The notes: generated from the letters alone by a model not told the origin. DNA of 61,520 nucleotides, filler included, from 7 parts of 7 records of this genome joined end to end with filler, not necessarily neighbours in it; one strand, 5' to 3'; counted from the whole stretch's first letter, positions 11,550 through 21,672 are shown. Made by a program: numbers and translations.

Positions 11550-12641
11550 TTAATCGAAGTCACGTGGGAAATAGCCAAGTTCTTTCCACACCTGATAGTT
11601 TGCGTGAAACGCTTCCTGAGAAGCCCAAACTTTGGCGAACATCGCATCCTTGGCAGATTCTTCAGCCATCACTTCGTCAGCCGTTGATTTCAGCTTCGCG
11701 ATAACTTCGTCCGGCAATTTTGCTGCTGTTACGCCCTTAGCTTCAAAATCTTTAATCTGAGCGCCTTGCAACGCTTCGCCCTCTGCAAAGGCACGCGCCG
11801 TTGCGGCTGTGCAAGCCATTTCAAATAGCGCCTTATCGGAATCTGCGAGTGCATTCCAGATATCAAGATTGATCATCAAGTGCGTCGAGGTTGACGGCTG
11901 ATGCCAACCTGGAAACAGATTGTATTTTGCGATTTTGTAAAAGCCGAGAATATTATCAATGGCTGGCATTGAGTATTCTGTGGCATCCAAAGTGCCTTTT
12001 TCCAGCGCTGCAAAAATTTCGCCGCCTGCCATCAAAGTCGCAGAAGCACCGATTTTATCGAGCACCTGACCACCAAGACCAGAGAAGCGAATTTTCAGAC
12101 CTTTCATATCGTCCAAAGTGTTAATCGGCTTGCGGAACCAGCCAGCGGTTTCCGGTCCAATTGTTGAACAAAGCAATGGATGAATATTTTCTGCATGATA
12201 GACTTCTTCAGCAAGCTGATGACCGCCGCCCTCAAACCACCATGAAATATATTCTTGCGGTTCAAGACCAAAAGGAACAGCAGCAAAAAGAACAGAGGCA
12301 GGAATTCGGCCCTGATCATAGGCTGTGTAGTTATAAGCTGCAGGCAGACTTCCGTTGCTGATGGATGGCGTAATTTCCAACGGCGGAACGATTTTTCCTG
12401 GCTCATAAATTTTTAAATTGATGCGTCCGTCTGTTGCACGTTTCAGCATATCTGCGGCATTTGCAATAGCATCACCAAGACCTGGCCAACCGGTGTTAAA
12501 AGTCGCTTGAACTTTCCAATTGATTTTTTCCTGAGCACTCGCTGGCATCGTTGAAAGCGGCGCCAATGAAACCGCCGATAATGCTGCGATGCCCAACGCA
12601 CGTCGCGTAAACTTAGTCATTCTGTTTTTGACCGTTTTCAT
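11550..12641 (-). CDS. dctP: TRAP substrate-binding protein (TakP-like subfamily)
   Basis: N-terminal export signal (TRRALG...ASA), GWFRKPI, GLKIRFSGLG, PGWHQP; AGGGAGG RBS before the ATG at 12641. Confidence 0.92.
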   Translation of the reverse strand: MKTVKNRMTKFTRRALGIAALSAVSLAPLSTMPASAQEKINWKVQATFNTGWPGLGDAIANAADMLKRATDGRINLKIYEPGKIVPPLEITPSISNGSLPAAYNYTAYDQGRIPASVLFAAVPFGLEPQEYISWWFEGGGHQLAEEVYHAENIHPLLCSTIGPETAGWFRKPINTLDDMKGLKIRFSGLGGQVLDKIGASATLMAGGEIFAALEKGTLDATEYSMPAIDNILGFYKIAKYNLFPGWHQPSTSTHLMINLDIWNALADSDKALFEMACTAATARAFAEGEALQGAQIKDFEAKGVTAAKLPDEVIAKLKSTADEVMAEESAKDAMFAKVWASQEAFHANYQVWKELGYFPRDFD

Positions 12642-12715
12642 GTTCGTTTCCTCCCTGGTTTGAACATAACTTCTTTTAAGAATTCCGCCTCCCGCGAAAT
12701 GCTCTCTGCTTTGTG

Positions 12716-13885
12716 TTAACTCCAAGCTTTCGCGTAGAGGTCGATAATTTCCTCCAAAGTCCCAACACGTGGATTGTTATTTGGTGCACCTGAACGAATG
12801 GCATCCTCTGCCATTTGATGCGCCGCAGCGTGATAGGCTGCCTTGTCAATTCCAAAAGCAGACAAGCTCGGTACATCGAGGCGTTCATTGTAACTATAAA
12901 GGCCTTCTACCAATGCAGCGGCGGCCACGGCATCTGACTGATTGTCATCTGCAACATTTATAACGCGCGCGCAGTCTGCATAACGCTTCAGGGCATCGCC
13001 TTTTGAAAAATCGGTCACCGTTGGCAGTAACATCGCATTACTCATACCATGCGGCACATGAAAAAGGCTGCCTAGCGGCCTACTCATGGCATGGACTAGG
13101 GCAATCGACGCGTTAGAAAATGCGAAGCCTCCAAATGTAGCAGCAAGCATCAGCGCTTCGCGAGCCTCTAGGTCATCGGGATCCTGATAAGCGCGATCTA
13201 AATTAGCAGCGACCAAACGCATACAATCCAGCGCCAATCTGTCTGAAAAGAGGGTCGCTTTTCTGCTCACATACGCTTCTATCGCGTGGGTAAGCGTGTC
13301 TAACGCATTATCGGCAATTAGTCGCTTTGGTTTTGACAGCGACAACTCATAATCAACAATAGCTGCGCTCGGCACAAACCCTTCACCGCGGCAGGAAATT
13401 TTCTCGCGGCTCTCATTATGGATAATAACAGTATGGTGCGTCACCTCAGATCCGGTTCCAGCCGTTGTGGGAATTGCCATCATAGGCAATCCCTTACCGT
13501 TAAACTGGTTTGGCGGCCTGTAATCTTGGATATTTGTGCTGTTGATAGACATAACTGCAATTGCTTTTCCAGCATCAATAGGACTACCACCGCCTAAGCC
13601 AATTACCGCATCATGACCTTGATCTATGACAAGCCCAACACCTTCTAAAACCATTTCGTCGGTTGGGTCTGGCAAAATACCGTCAAAAACACCGGAAGCT
13701 ATTCCAGCATCACTCAACAATTTTTGGAGACGCTCCACGACGCCCGATGAGCTCATAAATTTGTCGGTTACGATCAGCGGATTTTTGACGTTGCCAATTT
13801 TTTCCAGAATAGTGGTGGCGTCGTTAAATGCACCCTTCCCCACAAGCATATAACGCGGTGCGCATACGACTACCTTGTCCACCAT
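12716..13885 (-). CDS. Iron-containing (group III) alcohol dehydrogenase
   Basis: GGGSPIDAGK, PTTAGTGSEVT, DTLTHAIEAY, HAMS...HVPHG metal ligands; GGAGG RBS before the ATG at 13885. Confidence 0.93.
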   Translation of the reverse strand: MVDKVVVCAPRYMLVGKGAFNDATTILEKIGNVKNPLIVTDKFMSSSGVVERLQKLLSDAGIASGVFDGILPDPTDEMVLEGVGLVIDQGHDAVIGLGGGSPIDAGKAIAVMSINSTNIQDYRPPNQFNGKGLPMMAIPTTAGTGSEVTHHTVIIHNESREKISCRGEGFVPSAAIVDYELSLSKPKRLIADNALDTLTHAIEAYVSRKATLFSDRLALDCMRLVAANLDRAYQDPDDLEAREALMLAATFGGFAFSNASIALVHAMSRPLGSLFHVPHGMSNAMLLPTVTDFSKGDALKRYADCARVINVADDNQSDAVAAAALVEGLYSYNERLDVPSLSAFGIDKAAYHAAAHQMAEDAIRSGAPNNNPRVGTLEEIIDLYAKAWS

Positions 13886-13982
13886 TGCTAGCCTCCCAAC
13901 TAAGCGTCTCAATCTGGCTAAGCCGCTTGTTCATGCGCCTCAACTGTCAAAAGTTAAACGCATAAAAAATCATCTGTCAATT

Positions 13983-14009
13983 TTAAATGATAATATAATT
14001 CTCATTTAA
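13983..14009. promoter_or_regulatory. Palindromic operator candidate in the divergent promoter region
   Basis: TTAAATGATAAT-ATA-ATTCTCATTTAA (12-bp arms, 1 mismatch), next to a minus-strand TTGACA at 13975-13980. Confidence 0.6.
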
Positions 14010-14207
14010 CGCGAACAGACTTGCATTTACTAATGCGTTTAATTTAAATTGGAACACGAGAATATTCTGTATCGCGCCATGGCTCGATCAAAAATAAATA
14101 AGTATATTGGGCATTTGAGCGGTTTAATTATGCGGCAGGTTCCAAAAAACTCTGCCGTGAATTGACGCCAAATCTGATTTTGGAAATTTCGAATTTGAGG
14201 TAAGATT

Positions 14208-14972
14208 GTGGATAGTGAAAAAACAAAGAGGAACTCACCACGGCGAATTCTGGAGATTATGGAAGCGATTTGCGTCAATCCGGAATCGGCGACAGCTGCA
14301 GGCCTCTCGCAGTCATTGGACATTCCAGTTCCAACGATTTATCGATGGTTAGAAGCTTTATGTGACGAGCGATTTATTGCCGCGCACCCATCTGGTTTTT
14401 ATGTTCCAGGTGACCGCTTCCGCGATATGACCCTTAACAGCCTGCAGTATGAGCCTAATGTTACACACCGCCGCTCCATATTGCGAAGTCTGTCTGAACA
14501 AATAGGTGAGACCGTTAGTTTAGCCGTACCCAATGGCACTAAGCTCATTTATTTTGATCGCTTAGAATCGCATTGGCCGTTTCAAGTTAACTTGAAAATT
14601 GGAGACGTTTTACCTCTTCACTGCTGTGCATCTGGCAAGCTCTATCTGTCGACAATAAAGAGCGAGACCGCAGCAGAAATTTATAAAAGCATATCAACGC
14701 CTAAGTCATCTCGTAACACGATTACAAATCCATCTGCGTTTATGAAGGAGTTGGTAAAAATCAAAAAAGCTGGATATGCCATCGACAACGAGGAATGGTT
14801 TGACGACATGGTTGGGGCTTCGGTACCAATCTTCGCTAATAATGGCGCCTTGGTCGCGTGCCTATCAACTCATGCGCTTGTAACCCGAAAGTCACTTGAC
14901 CTACTAGCCGCTCAAATTCCATTGATGCAGGCCGCAGCGAAGAAATTACGCAAATGCCTCATAAATGAATGA
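14208..14972 (+). CDS. IclR-family transcriptional regulator
   Basis: N-terminal HTH (LSQSLDIPVPTIYRWL), GETVSL, PLHCCASGK, GYAIDNEE. Confidence 0.92.
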   Translation: MDSEKTKRNSPRRILEIMEAICVNPESATAAGLSQSLDIPVPTIYRWLEALCDERFIAAHPSGFYVPGDRFRDMTLNSLQYEPNVTHRRSILRSLSEQIGETVSLAVPNGTKLIYFDRLESHWPFQVNLKIGDVLPLHCCASGKLYLSTIKSETAAEIYKSISTPKSSRNTITNPSAFMKELVKIKKAGYAIDNEEWFDDMVGASVPIFANNGALVACLSTHALVTRKSLDLLAAQIPLMQAAAKKLRKCLINE

Positions 14973-15212
14973 TCGGCTTTCCGCTCATTCAGGAGGGGAG
15001 GAGTTGTGTGCGGAAGGGTCTTGTCAGAGGAACTTTAAACAGACGCTAAACCGCACACAAGCAATCGTTATGCCGCGCACAAAATACGCCAGTCGTTTAG
15101 AGACTGGCCGCGTAAATGTTTAAAATTGGGGCGGCTTAGAAAATGATGTTGATGGCTAAACTGGTTGAAAATGGCGGCATAGATCGACGAGAACTTTTGC
15201 AAACTTGCCATT

Positions 15213-15312
15213 NNNNNNNNNNNNNNNNNNNNNNNNNNNNNNNNNNNNNNNNNNNNTTAATTAATTAANNNNNNNNNNNNNNNNNNNNNNNNNNNNNNNN
15301 NNNNNNNNNNNN
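15213..15312. other. Artificial contig spacer
   Basis: N-run + TTAATTAATTAA + N-run. Confidence 0.99.
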
Positions 15313-15335
15313 AGAACGCTCGCCCCGTCCCAACG

Positions 15336-15368
15336 CCCTCAGCCTTCGCGGCTGGGGGTTTTTCTTTT
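15336..15368 (+). terminator. Rho-independent terminator upstream of the large ORF
   Basis: CCCTCAGCC-TTCGC-GGCTGGGGG followed by TTTTTCTTTT. Confidence 0.8.
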
Positions 15369-15391
15369 GACCAACTGAAAGTAACGATCCC

Positions 15392-18300
15392 ATGAGCGAT
15401 AGACCACAGTTGCCCCTCCTCTCTCCTGCGCTACTCGATGCCGTGGACCAAAGGATCGCCTCCGAGAAAGGCATTCCGTTGCCCAGCCGCCCAGCCCAAC
15501 CCCAAGCTGCACAACCCCAAGTCCAGCAGCCCCAGGTGGCCGGGAGCGCCCAACCCCATGCCCCCGCAATCGGAACCGAGGGTCTCTCCGGCTTCACGAA
15601 CGCCATTGCGTCGGGCATTGTCGAGGCTGGCTTCCAGACCAAGGACTTCTTCTTTGGGGAGCCCGCCGACGAGGACAAGAGCTGGCTACGTCAACAGCAT
15701 GAAGGCTTTACCGAGCAGCTCGACCAATCGGGACCCGTCAACGCGATCACTCAGGACATCGCCCAGTTTGGTGCCGGTCTGGTGGGAGCGGGGAAGCTCA
15801 TGGCACCCATCAAAGTTCTCCAGGACGTGAAGAACGCGGGAGCCGTGGGCCGTGGTGCCTACGAGGTGGCCCGTGGTGCCGTTGCCGGTTTCTTCGCCCT
15901 GGACCCGCACGAAGAGCGCCTCTCCAATCTCATCGAGCAGTACGAACCGCTCCGCAACCCGATCACCGAATACTTGGCGGCAGACCCCGATGATACCGCC
16001 GTGGAGGGCCGCTTCAAGAACGCACTCGAAGGCATCGGCATGGACCTCGCCTTGGCGGGCATACTCGAAGGCAGCCTCAAGGCCATCCGCGCATTCCGCC
16101 ATGGCGACACCGAGGCTGGCGAGGCGGCCCTACGCGAGGTCGAGGAGCTTCAGGCTCAGCGTGAAGTAGACGACGCCGCCATGGCTGAAATCGAGGGCCG
16201 CCCCCAAGCGCCTGAGGAGTCCGTCCAGCCCGGTGATGGCGAACCCGCACTATCGGCCCCAGACGTTGAGCAGCCCAGCCCTACGGCCACCGAGAGCGCA
16301 ACGAGAAACGCTCCCGAGGTCGATCTGCCTGAAGGCGCTGAGCCATCCGGCGACATTCCGCACATCTACGTCCGGCGAGACCCCGAGTTGGCTGGGGGAG
16401 CGGCTCCCTCTGCTCGTTCTGGTGATGAAGGGGCCACCGCCTCCTCCACCTCACCCGATGCCACCACCGCACGTCCCGCCCCAACGGAGACACCCGATGT
16501 AGCTTCCATCCTGGACAGCGCCCGAACTGATCTTGCCGCCATTCGCGTTTATGGCAGCCGTGGGGAAGCCTCCATGAACGGCCACAAGTTTGCCGACCGG
16601 CAGCCTCTCCCGTGGAATACCTTGCGGGGGACGGATGAGGTCCAGGCTTTCGTGGAGCAAGCCGCCGCGACCGTGAGGCAGCGCCTTGATGCCGCCAAGG
16701 GTGGAGACGTTCTGTCCGACCTCCAGGTACAGGAGATGGTCCGCCAGCGGGCCGACGCCTTCAGCGAAGACCCCTCAGAGATCATGGCCGAGCTGGTAAA
16801 GGCGGGCGACAATGCCAAGGACTTGGTGGCGAACATGGAGGCCAGCTTCCTGCTCTCCCAGCGCTTCCTCCAAGAGACCTATGAAATGGCGACCCGCTAC
16901 CGGATGGGCAACTTGAAGGAGTGGGGAGGCAACGCCGAGCGGGCTGGGGCCGAACTCAAGAGCCGTATGGCTGCCGCCAGTGATCTTCTTGGAGCAGCGA
17001 TGTCCATGCGGGCTGCCTCTGGTCGGGCCATGCGCCGTCTTCGCATTCAGTTCCAGATCAAACCGGAGGACATCGAGGGGCTCAAGGACGTGCCAGCCGA
17101 CAAGCTGGCTGAACTCCTGTACGCGACCCAGGGTCAGCCCAAGAAGCTGGTTCAGGCGGCAAATCCAAGTTTCCTGCGGCGGGCGATGGATGAGACGATC
17201 TTCTCCCTCACCAACTCCCTCCTCTGGATGTGGCCCACTCATGCCGTCAACCTGACGAGTAACCTGTACATGCTTGCTGCAAGGCCCACCGAGAAGATGC
17301 TGGGGTCTCTGGCAATGGGCTCGGCTGGGTCCGCAGTTCGGAAACAGGCCGCCAAAGAGTATGCCTATACGGTAGCCAGCATTGGCGATGGATGGTCAGC
17401 CATGGTCGAAGCCTTCAAGCGGGGGGATAGCGTCCTGAGTCCGTACAGTGATGAATACTTCGGGACCAATCTCCGTATCCCGCAGAAGCCCCTCCAGTGG
17501 AAGCCAGTTCGCTCGGTCAACGACTTGGTAGAGAATGGCTGGAAGGCCCTTAACTACCGGACGCTGGTGGGTCTCCCCACCCGAGCACTCGGTGCGGTTG
17601 ATGAGTTCATGAAAAACCTCCGGTATCGAGCCATGGTGCAAGCCAAAGCAAACGTGGAGGGTGCCGAACGCGGTCTTCAGGGTGAGCAGCTCGAAGCCTT
17701 TATTGCAGAGCGCCTCGCCAAAGCGTTCGACTCCGATGGCAGGGCGATAAACGCTGAGGCTCTACAGGAAGCTCAGACGACCACCTTCCAGCAGGAGTTG
17801 CTGCCAGACACTCTGGGCAGAGGCATCCAGAACCTCCGGTCCAACGTACCGCCGCTGACACTGGTCCTGCCATTCGTGAAGACCCCGATCAACGTCCTCC
17901 GGTACGCTTGGAAGATGACGCCGGGGCTCAACATGGCCCAGAAGGAGTACCGCCAGATGCTGAGCGGCAAGATGGGCCCGGAGCAACAAGCCCACGCCTT
18001 TGGGCAAATGGCACTCGGTGCGTCCTTCATGAGCGTTGCGGGCCTCCTCGCCGCAAACGGTCGCCTCACAGGGAGTGGGCCCAAGGACCCTCAACTCCTC
18101 TCGGAGCTTCGTGCAGCAGGATGGCAGCCCTACAGCCTGACGTGGGAAGATGGCGGGGGGAAACGCCACTACTTCGCACTGGGCCGCTTCGACCCTATCA
18201 CCCTCTCTATGAGCATGGTGGCCGACTTGGTGGAGCTACAGCGGGCCGGAGCCAAGGAGCGGGACATAATTGCGGCATCGAGTGCCGTAGCCCTTGCGCT

Positions 18301-19045
18301 GGCCAAGAGCTTCCAAGACCGCACGTTCCTTCAGAACCTCAATCTGGCCCTTCAGGCCGCGTCGGACCCTGAGGACCGCAGCATGCGGTTTCTCGGTCAA
18401 ACGGCTGGCAATGCCATCCCCTTCTCTTCACTGATGAGGGGCACCAACCCTGACCCCTACCTGAGGGATGCTCGTGGCTTCTTGGACAGCATCATGTCCA
18501 AGCTGCCTGGGTTCTCCGAGACCCTGCCGCCTCGCCGGGATGCCTTCGGGGAGCCAGTCTGGGTACGCATTGGCCTTGCCACCTCCACGGAGTCCGACAT
18601 CGTGGAAGCGGAGCACAACCGGATTATGCTAGAGACCGAGCATGGCATCCGGCCTCCGTCGCCTCACCACAGTGGTGTGGATTTACGGAAGGTCACCCTC
18701 TCGGACGGACGCAATGCTTACGATGTGTATCAGCAACTCGTGGCCCAGCCGGGAAATGGCCCTAGCCTGAAGGAAAGCCTGGCGCGGCTCATCCAGTCGG
18801 ACGGTTACCAGCGGTTGGTCGATGGAGAACCCAGCCTTCGCGGCACGAAGATTGGAGCCCTGATGGATATTGTGGGGCGGTACCGGACAGCGGGGCGTCA
18901 AGCTCTCCTCGCCGAGTACCCCGAGCTTCGCCAACAGTTGGCCCAGAGCCAGATGGACGTGAGGTCCGAGCTTGAAGCCAAACGTGAGCAGCCCGCCCGC
19001 AGTAGCGGCGACTTAGAGGAGTTGCTCAGGTCGATGGGATACTAG
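15392..19045 (+). CDS. Large phage internal-virion (DNA ejection)-like protein
   Basis: 1217 aa, largely helical with a Pro/Gln-rich N-terminus. Motifs EGRFKNALEG, PFVKTPINV, GWQPYS, GRFDP and RRDAFGEP resemble podovirus internal virion proteins (recognised by eye only). Confidence 0.65.
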   Translation: MSDRPQLPLLSPALLDAVDQRIASEKGIPLPSRPAQPQAAQPQVQQPQVAGSAQPHAPAIGTEGLSGFTNAIASGIVEAGFQTKDFFFGEPADEDKSWLRQQHEGFTEQLDQSGPVNAITQDIAQFGAGLVGAGKLMAPIKVLQDVKNAGAVGRGAYEVARGAVAGFFALDPHEERLSNLIEQYEPLRNPITEYLAADPDDTAVEGRFKNALEGIGMDLALAGILEGSLKAIRAFRHGDTEAGEAALREVEELQAQREVDDAAMAEIEGRPQAPEESVQPGDGEPALSAPDVEQPSPTATESATRNAPEVDLPEGAEPSGDIPHIYVRRDPELAGGAAPSARSGDEGATASSTSPDATTARPAPTETPDVASILDSARTDLAAIRVYGSRGEASMNGHKFADRQPLPWNTLRGTDEVQAFVEQAAATVRQRLDAAKGGDVLSDLQVQEMVRQRADAFSEDPSEIMAELVKAGDNAKDLVANMEASFLLSQRFLQETYEMATRYRMGNLKEWGGNAERAGAELKSRMAAASDLLGAAMSMRAASGRAMRRLRIQFQIKPEDIEGLKDVPADKLAELLYATQGQPKKLVQAANPSFLRRAMDETIFSLTNSLLWMWPTHAVNLTSNLYMLAARPTEKMLGSLAMGSAGSAVRKQAAKEYAYTVASIGDGWSAMVEAFKRGDSVLSPYSDEYFGTNLRIPQKPLQWKPVRSVNDLVENGWKALNYRTLVGLPTRALGAVDEFMKNLRYRAMVQAKANVEGAERGLQGEQLEAFIAERLAKAFDSDGRAINAEALQEAQTTTFQQELLPDTLGRGIQNLRSNVPPLTLVLPFVKTPINVLRYAWKMTPGLNMAQKEYRQMLSGKMGPEQQAHAFGQMALGASFMSVAGLLAANGRLTGSGPKDPQLLSELRAAGWQPYSLTWEDGGGKRHYFALGRFDPITLSMSMVADLVELQRAGAKERDIIAASSAVALALAKSFQDRTFLQNLNLALQAASDPEDRSMRFLGQTAGNAIPFSSLMRGTNPDPYLRDARGFLDSIMSKLPGFSETLPPRRDAFGEPVWVRIGLATSTESDIVEAEHNRIMLETEHGIRPPSPHHSGVDLRKVTLSDGRNAYDVYQQLVAQPGNGPSLKESLARLIQSDGYQRLVDGEPSLRGTKIGALMDIVGRYRTAGRQALLAEYPELRQQLAQSQMDVRSELEAKREQPARSSGDLEELLRSMGY

Positions 19046-19121
19046 AATAATGGGCGGGCTACAGGCCCGCTCAACCGCCTCTCACCGGGTGGCCAGACAC
19101 TGTGATAACCAAGGGGGAAGC

Positions 19122-20039
19122 GTGAATATCGATGAGGAGTTGCCGGAACTACCGGCGAATTGGACCTCCACGCGGAGGTATTTCTTCAAGTACATGCGCC
19201 GTGAGGTAGCCGAAATTGTATTGACGAACGGGACACTTCGCTGGTCCACCCCGGCCACCTTAAATGATCCCTATGATGTTCAGTTTCACCTTGGCGCAAT
19301 TGATCTCACCGAGCAGACCATCGCACTGGCAACAGAACGACTCTGGCAGGTGTATAATGGAGATATTCCACCGCAGCCCACCGATACACCGTTCGCGGCG
19401 ATGATAAGGGGCCTACGTTCAGTGACGGACCTTCCCAAAGAGGAGTTTCTTGCTGAGTTCTCCCCCGCCATAAAAGAGGGCTTCGAGAATATGCTTAGGG
19501 CGTTGCCAGCGTTGAACGCCGAGGTAGCCTCACTGATGGCCGACTCGAAGCTGCTATGCCTGACGGGCACACCTACCAACACTGCGATGTGGACGCACTA
19601 CGCCGAGCAGGGACAGGGGGTGGTCCTGTGCCTTCAATCCATGCCCGCAATCGATAGTCCTTACGGTATGGCGCGGAAGGTCAACTATGTAGATGAAGTC
19701 CCGGCCTGGCTTGATGAAAAACTTCTAGTGGATATGGCGTCCGGCCTCACACACCTCGAACCGGCCCACGCAATGAATATGCTCATCACCACCAAAGGCA
19801 TCGATTGGGCGTACGAGCGTGAATGGAGAGTGTCCTCAGGGGCGGGGAGAAATCCCGATGCACCCCATGAGGATATACCTTTTCACAAGTCGGAACTCGC
19901 TGGAGTCATATTCGGACCCCTGACCCCTCCCGAGGACCAAGCCCGCCTTGCCTCCATCGCTGAACGCTATCCCGAAGCGAAGCTTTACACAGCGGCGAAA
20001 CTCCCAGGCAGTTTACGGCACCAAATCCTGCCCCTTTAG
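19122..20039 (+). CDS. DUF2971-domain protein
   Basis: FFKY, LNDPYD, MWTHYA, KVNY, TK..W.YEREWR, VIFG pattern; GTG at 19122 follows an AGGGGGAAG RBS (the ORF can extend to 19050). Confidence 0.8.
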   Translation: MNIDEELPELPANWTSTRRYFFKYMRREVAEIVLTNGTLRWSTPATLNDPYDVQFHLGAIDLTEQTIALATERLWQVYNGDIPPQPTDTPFAAMIRGLRSVTDLPKEEFLAEFSPAIKEGFENMLRALPALNAEVASLMADSKLLCLTGTPTNTAMWTHYAEQGQGVVLCLQSMPAIDSPYGMARKVNYVDEVPAWLDEKLLVDMASGLTHLEPAHAMNMLITTKGIDWAYEREWRVSSGAGRNPDAPHEDIPFHKSELAGVIFGPLTPPEDQARLASIAERYPEAKLYTAAKLPGSLRHQILPL

Positions 20040-20063
20040 CCGGACGGCAATTTAGGGTCGATC

Positions 20064-20330
20064 ACGTTCCATCTAGTATATACACGGGAACGTTTGCGTT
20101 TCCCCCCGGTGGGGGTAGTGCGGTCACAAAAAATAGACGATGTGACCAGTCCTTAGACGCATAGACCCCCGCCCCTTCTCCCAATCAAAGCCTAGCCCAC
20201 CCAGCGTTGCGGACGTGCTGGGTAGGTTCTATAAGGTATACCTCAATCGAACTTTCTTAATGTTGGTGCGATAAATACCCTTGACCAACTTAAATCGCAC
20301 CATTATATATCGAACTGCCCTAAGCGAACC
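20064..20330. promoter_or_regulatory. Inverted-repeat cluster: candidate resolvase res site and promoter
   Basis: ACGTTCC/GGAACGT (20064-20093), C6-GGT-G5 (20102-20115), GGTCACA/TGTGACC (20122-20147), TGGTGCGAT/ATCGCACCA (20264-20302) flanking TTGACC. Confidence 0.5.
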
Positions 20331-20362
20331 GACGGGCAAACGCACCAACCTGGAGAACCGAA

Positions 20363-20572
20363 ATGCTTATTGCACTTGAGACCATCGCCAACGCACTTGG
20401 CCGCCCCTTCCGCCTCGACTTCTACTTTGAGCGGACATGTGGCCTGAGCGACCACCGCAACCATGTATGGGCCTTTGAGCGGTCCATCAGCGCTGGGGAG
20501 CCATCCAAGGTCTTTGCTGGCCCCTTTGCGTTCCACATGTGTGTGTTGCCCAAGGTCTCCGCTCCTGCCTGA
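20363..20572 (+). CDS. Small hypothetical protein
   Basis: 69-aa ORF with a GGAG RBS, downstream of the putative promoter. Confidence 0.45.
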   Translation: MLIALETIANALGRPFRLDFYFERTCGLSDHRNHVWAFERSISAGEPSKVFAGPFAFHMCVLPKVSAPA

Positions 20573-20638
20573 GACCCAAAGAGCGCGGGAGGCGGGCCAC
20601 CAACCTGCCTCACGCCGCTATCAATTTGTTTTCGTGCT

Positions 20639-20971
20639 TTGAGGAGACCTACAGTGGCCGATGACCTAATGAGACTTAACGGACTGGCCCCTAAGAATGT
20701 CGAGGAGGCCGCGCTATTCGCTAAGCGATACCTAGAGCCTCAGAAACGCGAAGCCTACTTGGAGCACCACCGGCAAGGCGGGACCTTGTGGGATTGGTAC
20801 GTTAAGGCGGACGACACGTGGCAAGAGTCCATCTTCAACGACAACCTGTGTGTGCCATCCGGTTGTTATGGAATGCCCTATAGCGAACGCTTGGAGGCAA
20901 TCGCCAAGGAGCGCATGAGGTTTGACGCTTGGCGCAACGAACGGGAGGCGGGAGACAGCCATGTTTGTTAG
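20639..20971 (+). CDS. Hypothetical protein overlapping the resolvase start
   Basis: 110-aa ORF, stop overlaps the resolvase 5' end; true start uncertain. Confidence 0.55.
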   Translation: MRRPTVADDLMRLNGLAPKNVEEAALFAKRYLEPQKREAYLEHHRQGGTLWDWYVKADDTWQESIFNDNLCVPSGCYGMPYSERLEAIAKERMRFDAWRNEREAGDSHVC

Positions 20972-21647
20972 AGCCTACCTTAGAGCCTCCACCGAGGAGC
21001 AGGACGCGACACGCGCCAAGGCGGACCTGGAGCGGTTCGCAAAGGAGCACGGCCTAAGGATCGCCGCTACCTATATCGAGCATGAGAGCGGCGCGTGGAA
21101 GGATCGCCCCGAGTTGCGGCGACTACTGGCCGACTGCCAGCCGGGAGACCTCATTCTCGTTGAGCAGGTGGACCGCCTGAGCCGTCTCAATGCTGACGAT
21201 TGGGAAGCGCTGAAGGCCGAGATAAGAGACTGCAAGGCAAAGGTAGTCGCATTGGACCTCCCCACCTCCCACCAGTTCGCCAAGGTCAACGGCGACGATG
21301 TGACAGCAAGGATGCTGGAGGCGGTCAACAACATGATGCTCGACATGCTGGCCGCAATTGCCCGCAAAGACTACGAGGATAGGCGAAGACGCCAGGCCCA
21401 GGGCATCGCCACCGCAAAGGCCGAAGGACGCTATAAGGGTCGCCCAGAGGACGAGGAGCGAAACGAGCACATAATGCAGCTACTTCGCGATGGCTGGAGC
21501 TGGAACAAGATTCAGAAGCACTTCGCCACGCCCATGGTCCGCGACGGCAAGCCGGTGATGGAGAACGGCAAGCGCAAGATGACCACAGTGTCCCGCTCCA
21601 CGTTATCCCGCCTCAAGAAGCGGCTCGACGCGGAGGCCAGCGGATAG
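20961..21647 (+). CDS. Small serine recombinase (resolvase family)
   Basis: RAYLRAST (catalytic Ser), DRPEL, VDRLSR, RQAQGI..AK..G.YKGRP, C-terminal HTH. Confidence 0.93.
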   Translation: MFVRAYLRASTEEQDATRAKADLERFAKEHGLRIAATYIEHESGAWKDRPELRRLLADCQPGDLILVEQVDRLSRLNADDWEALKAEIRDCKAKVVALDLPTSHQFAKVNGDDVTARMLEAVNNMMLDMLAAIARKDYEDRRRRQAQGIATAKAEGRYKGRPEDEERNEHIMQLLRDGWSWNKIQKHFATPMVRDGKPVMENGKRKMTTVSRSTLSRLKKRLDAEASG

Positions 21648-21672
21648 GCTCAAATGCTATGCAGACTTTGTA

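Noticed and set aside
13986-14006. Canonical Fur box
   Set aside because: Arms are spaced 9-3-9 rather than 9-1-9; kept only as a generic operator candidate
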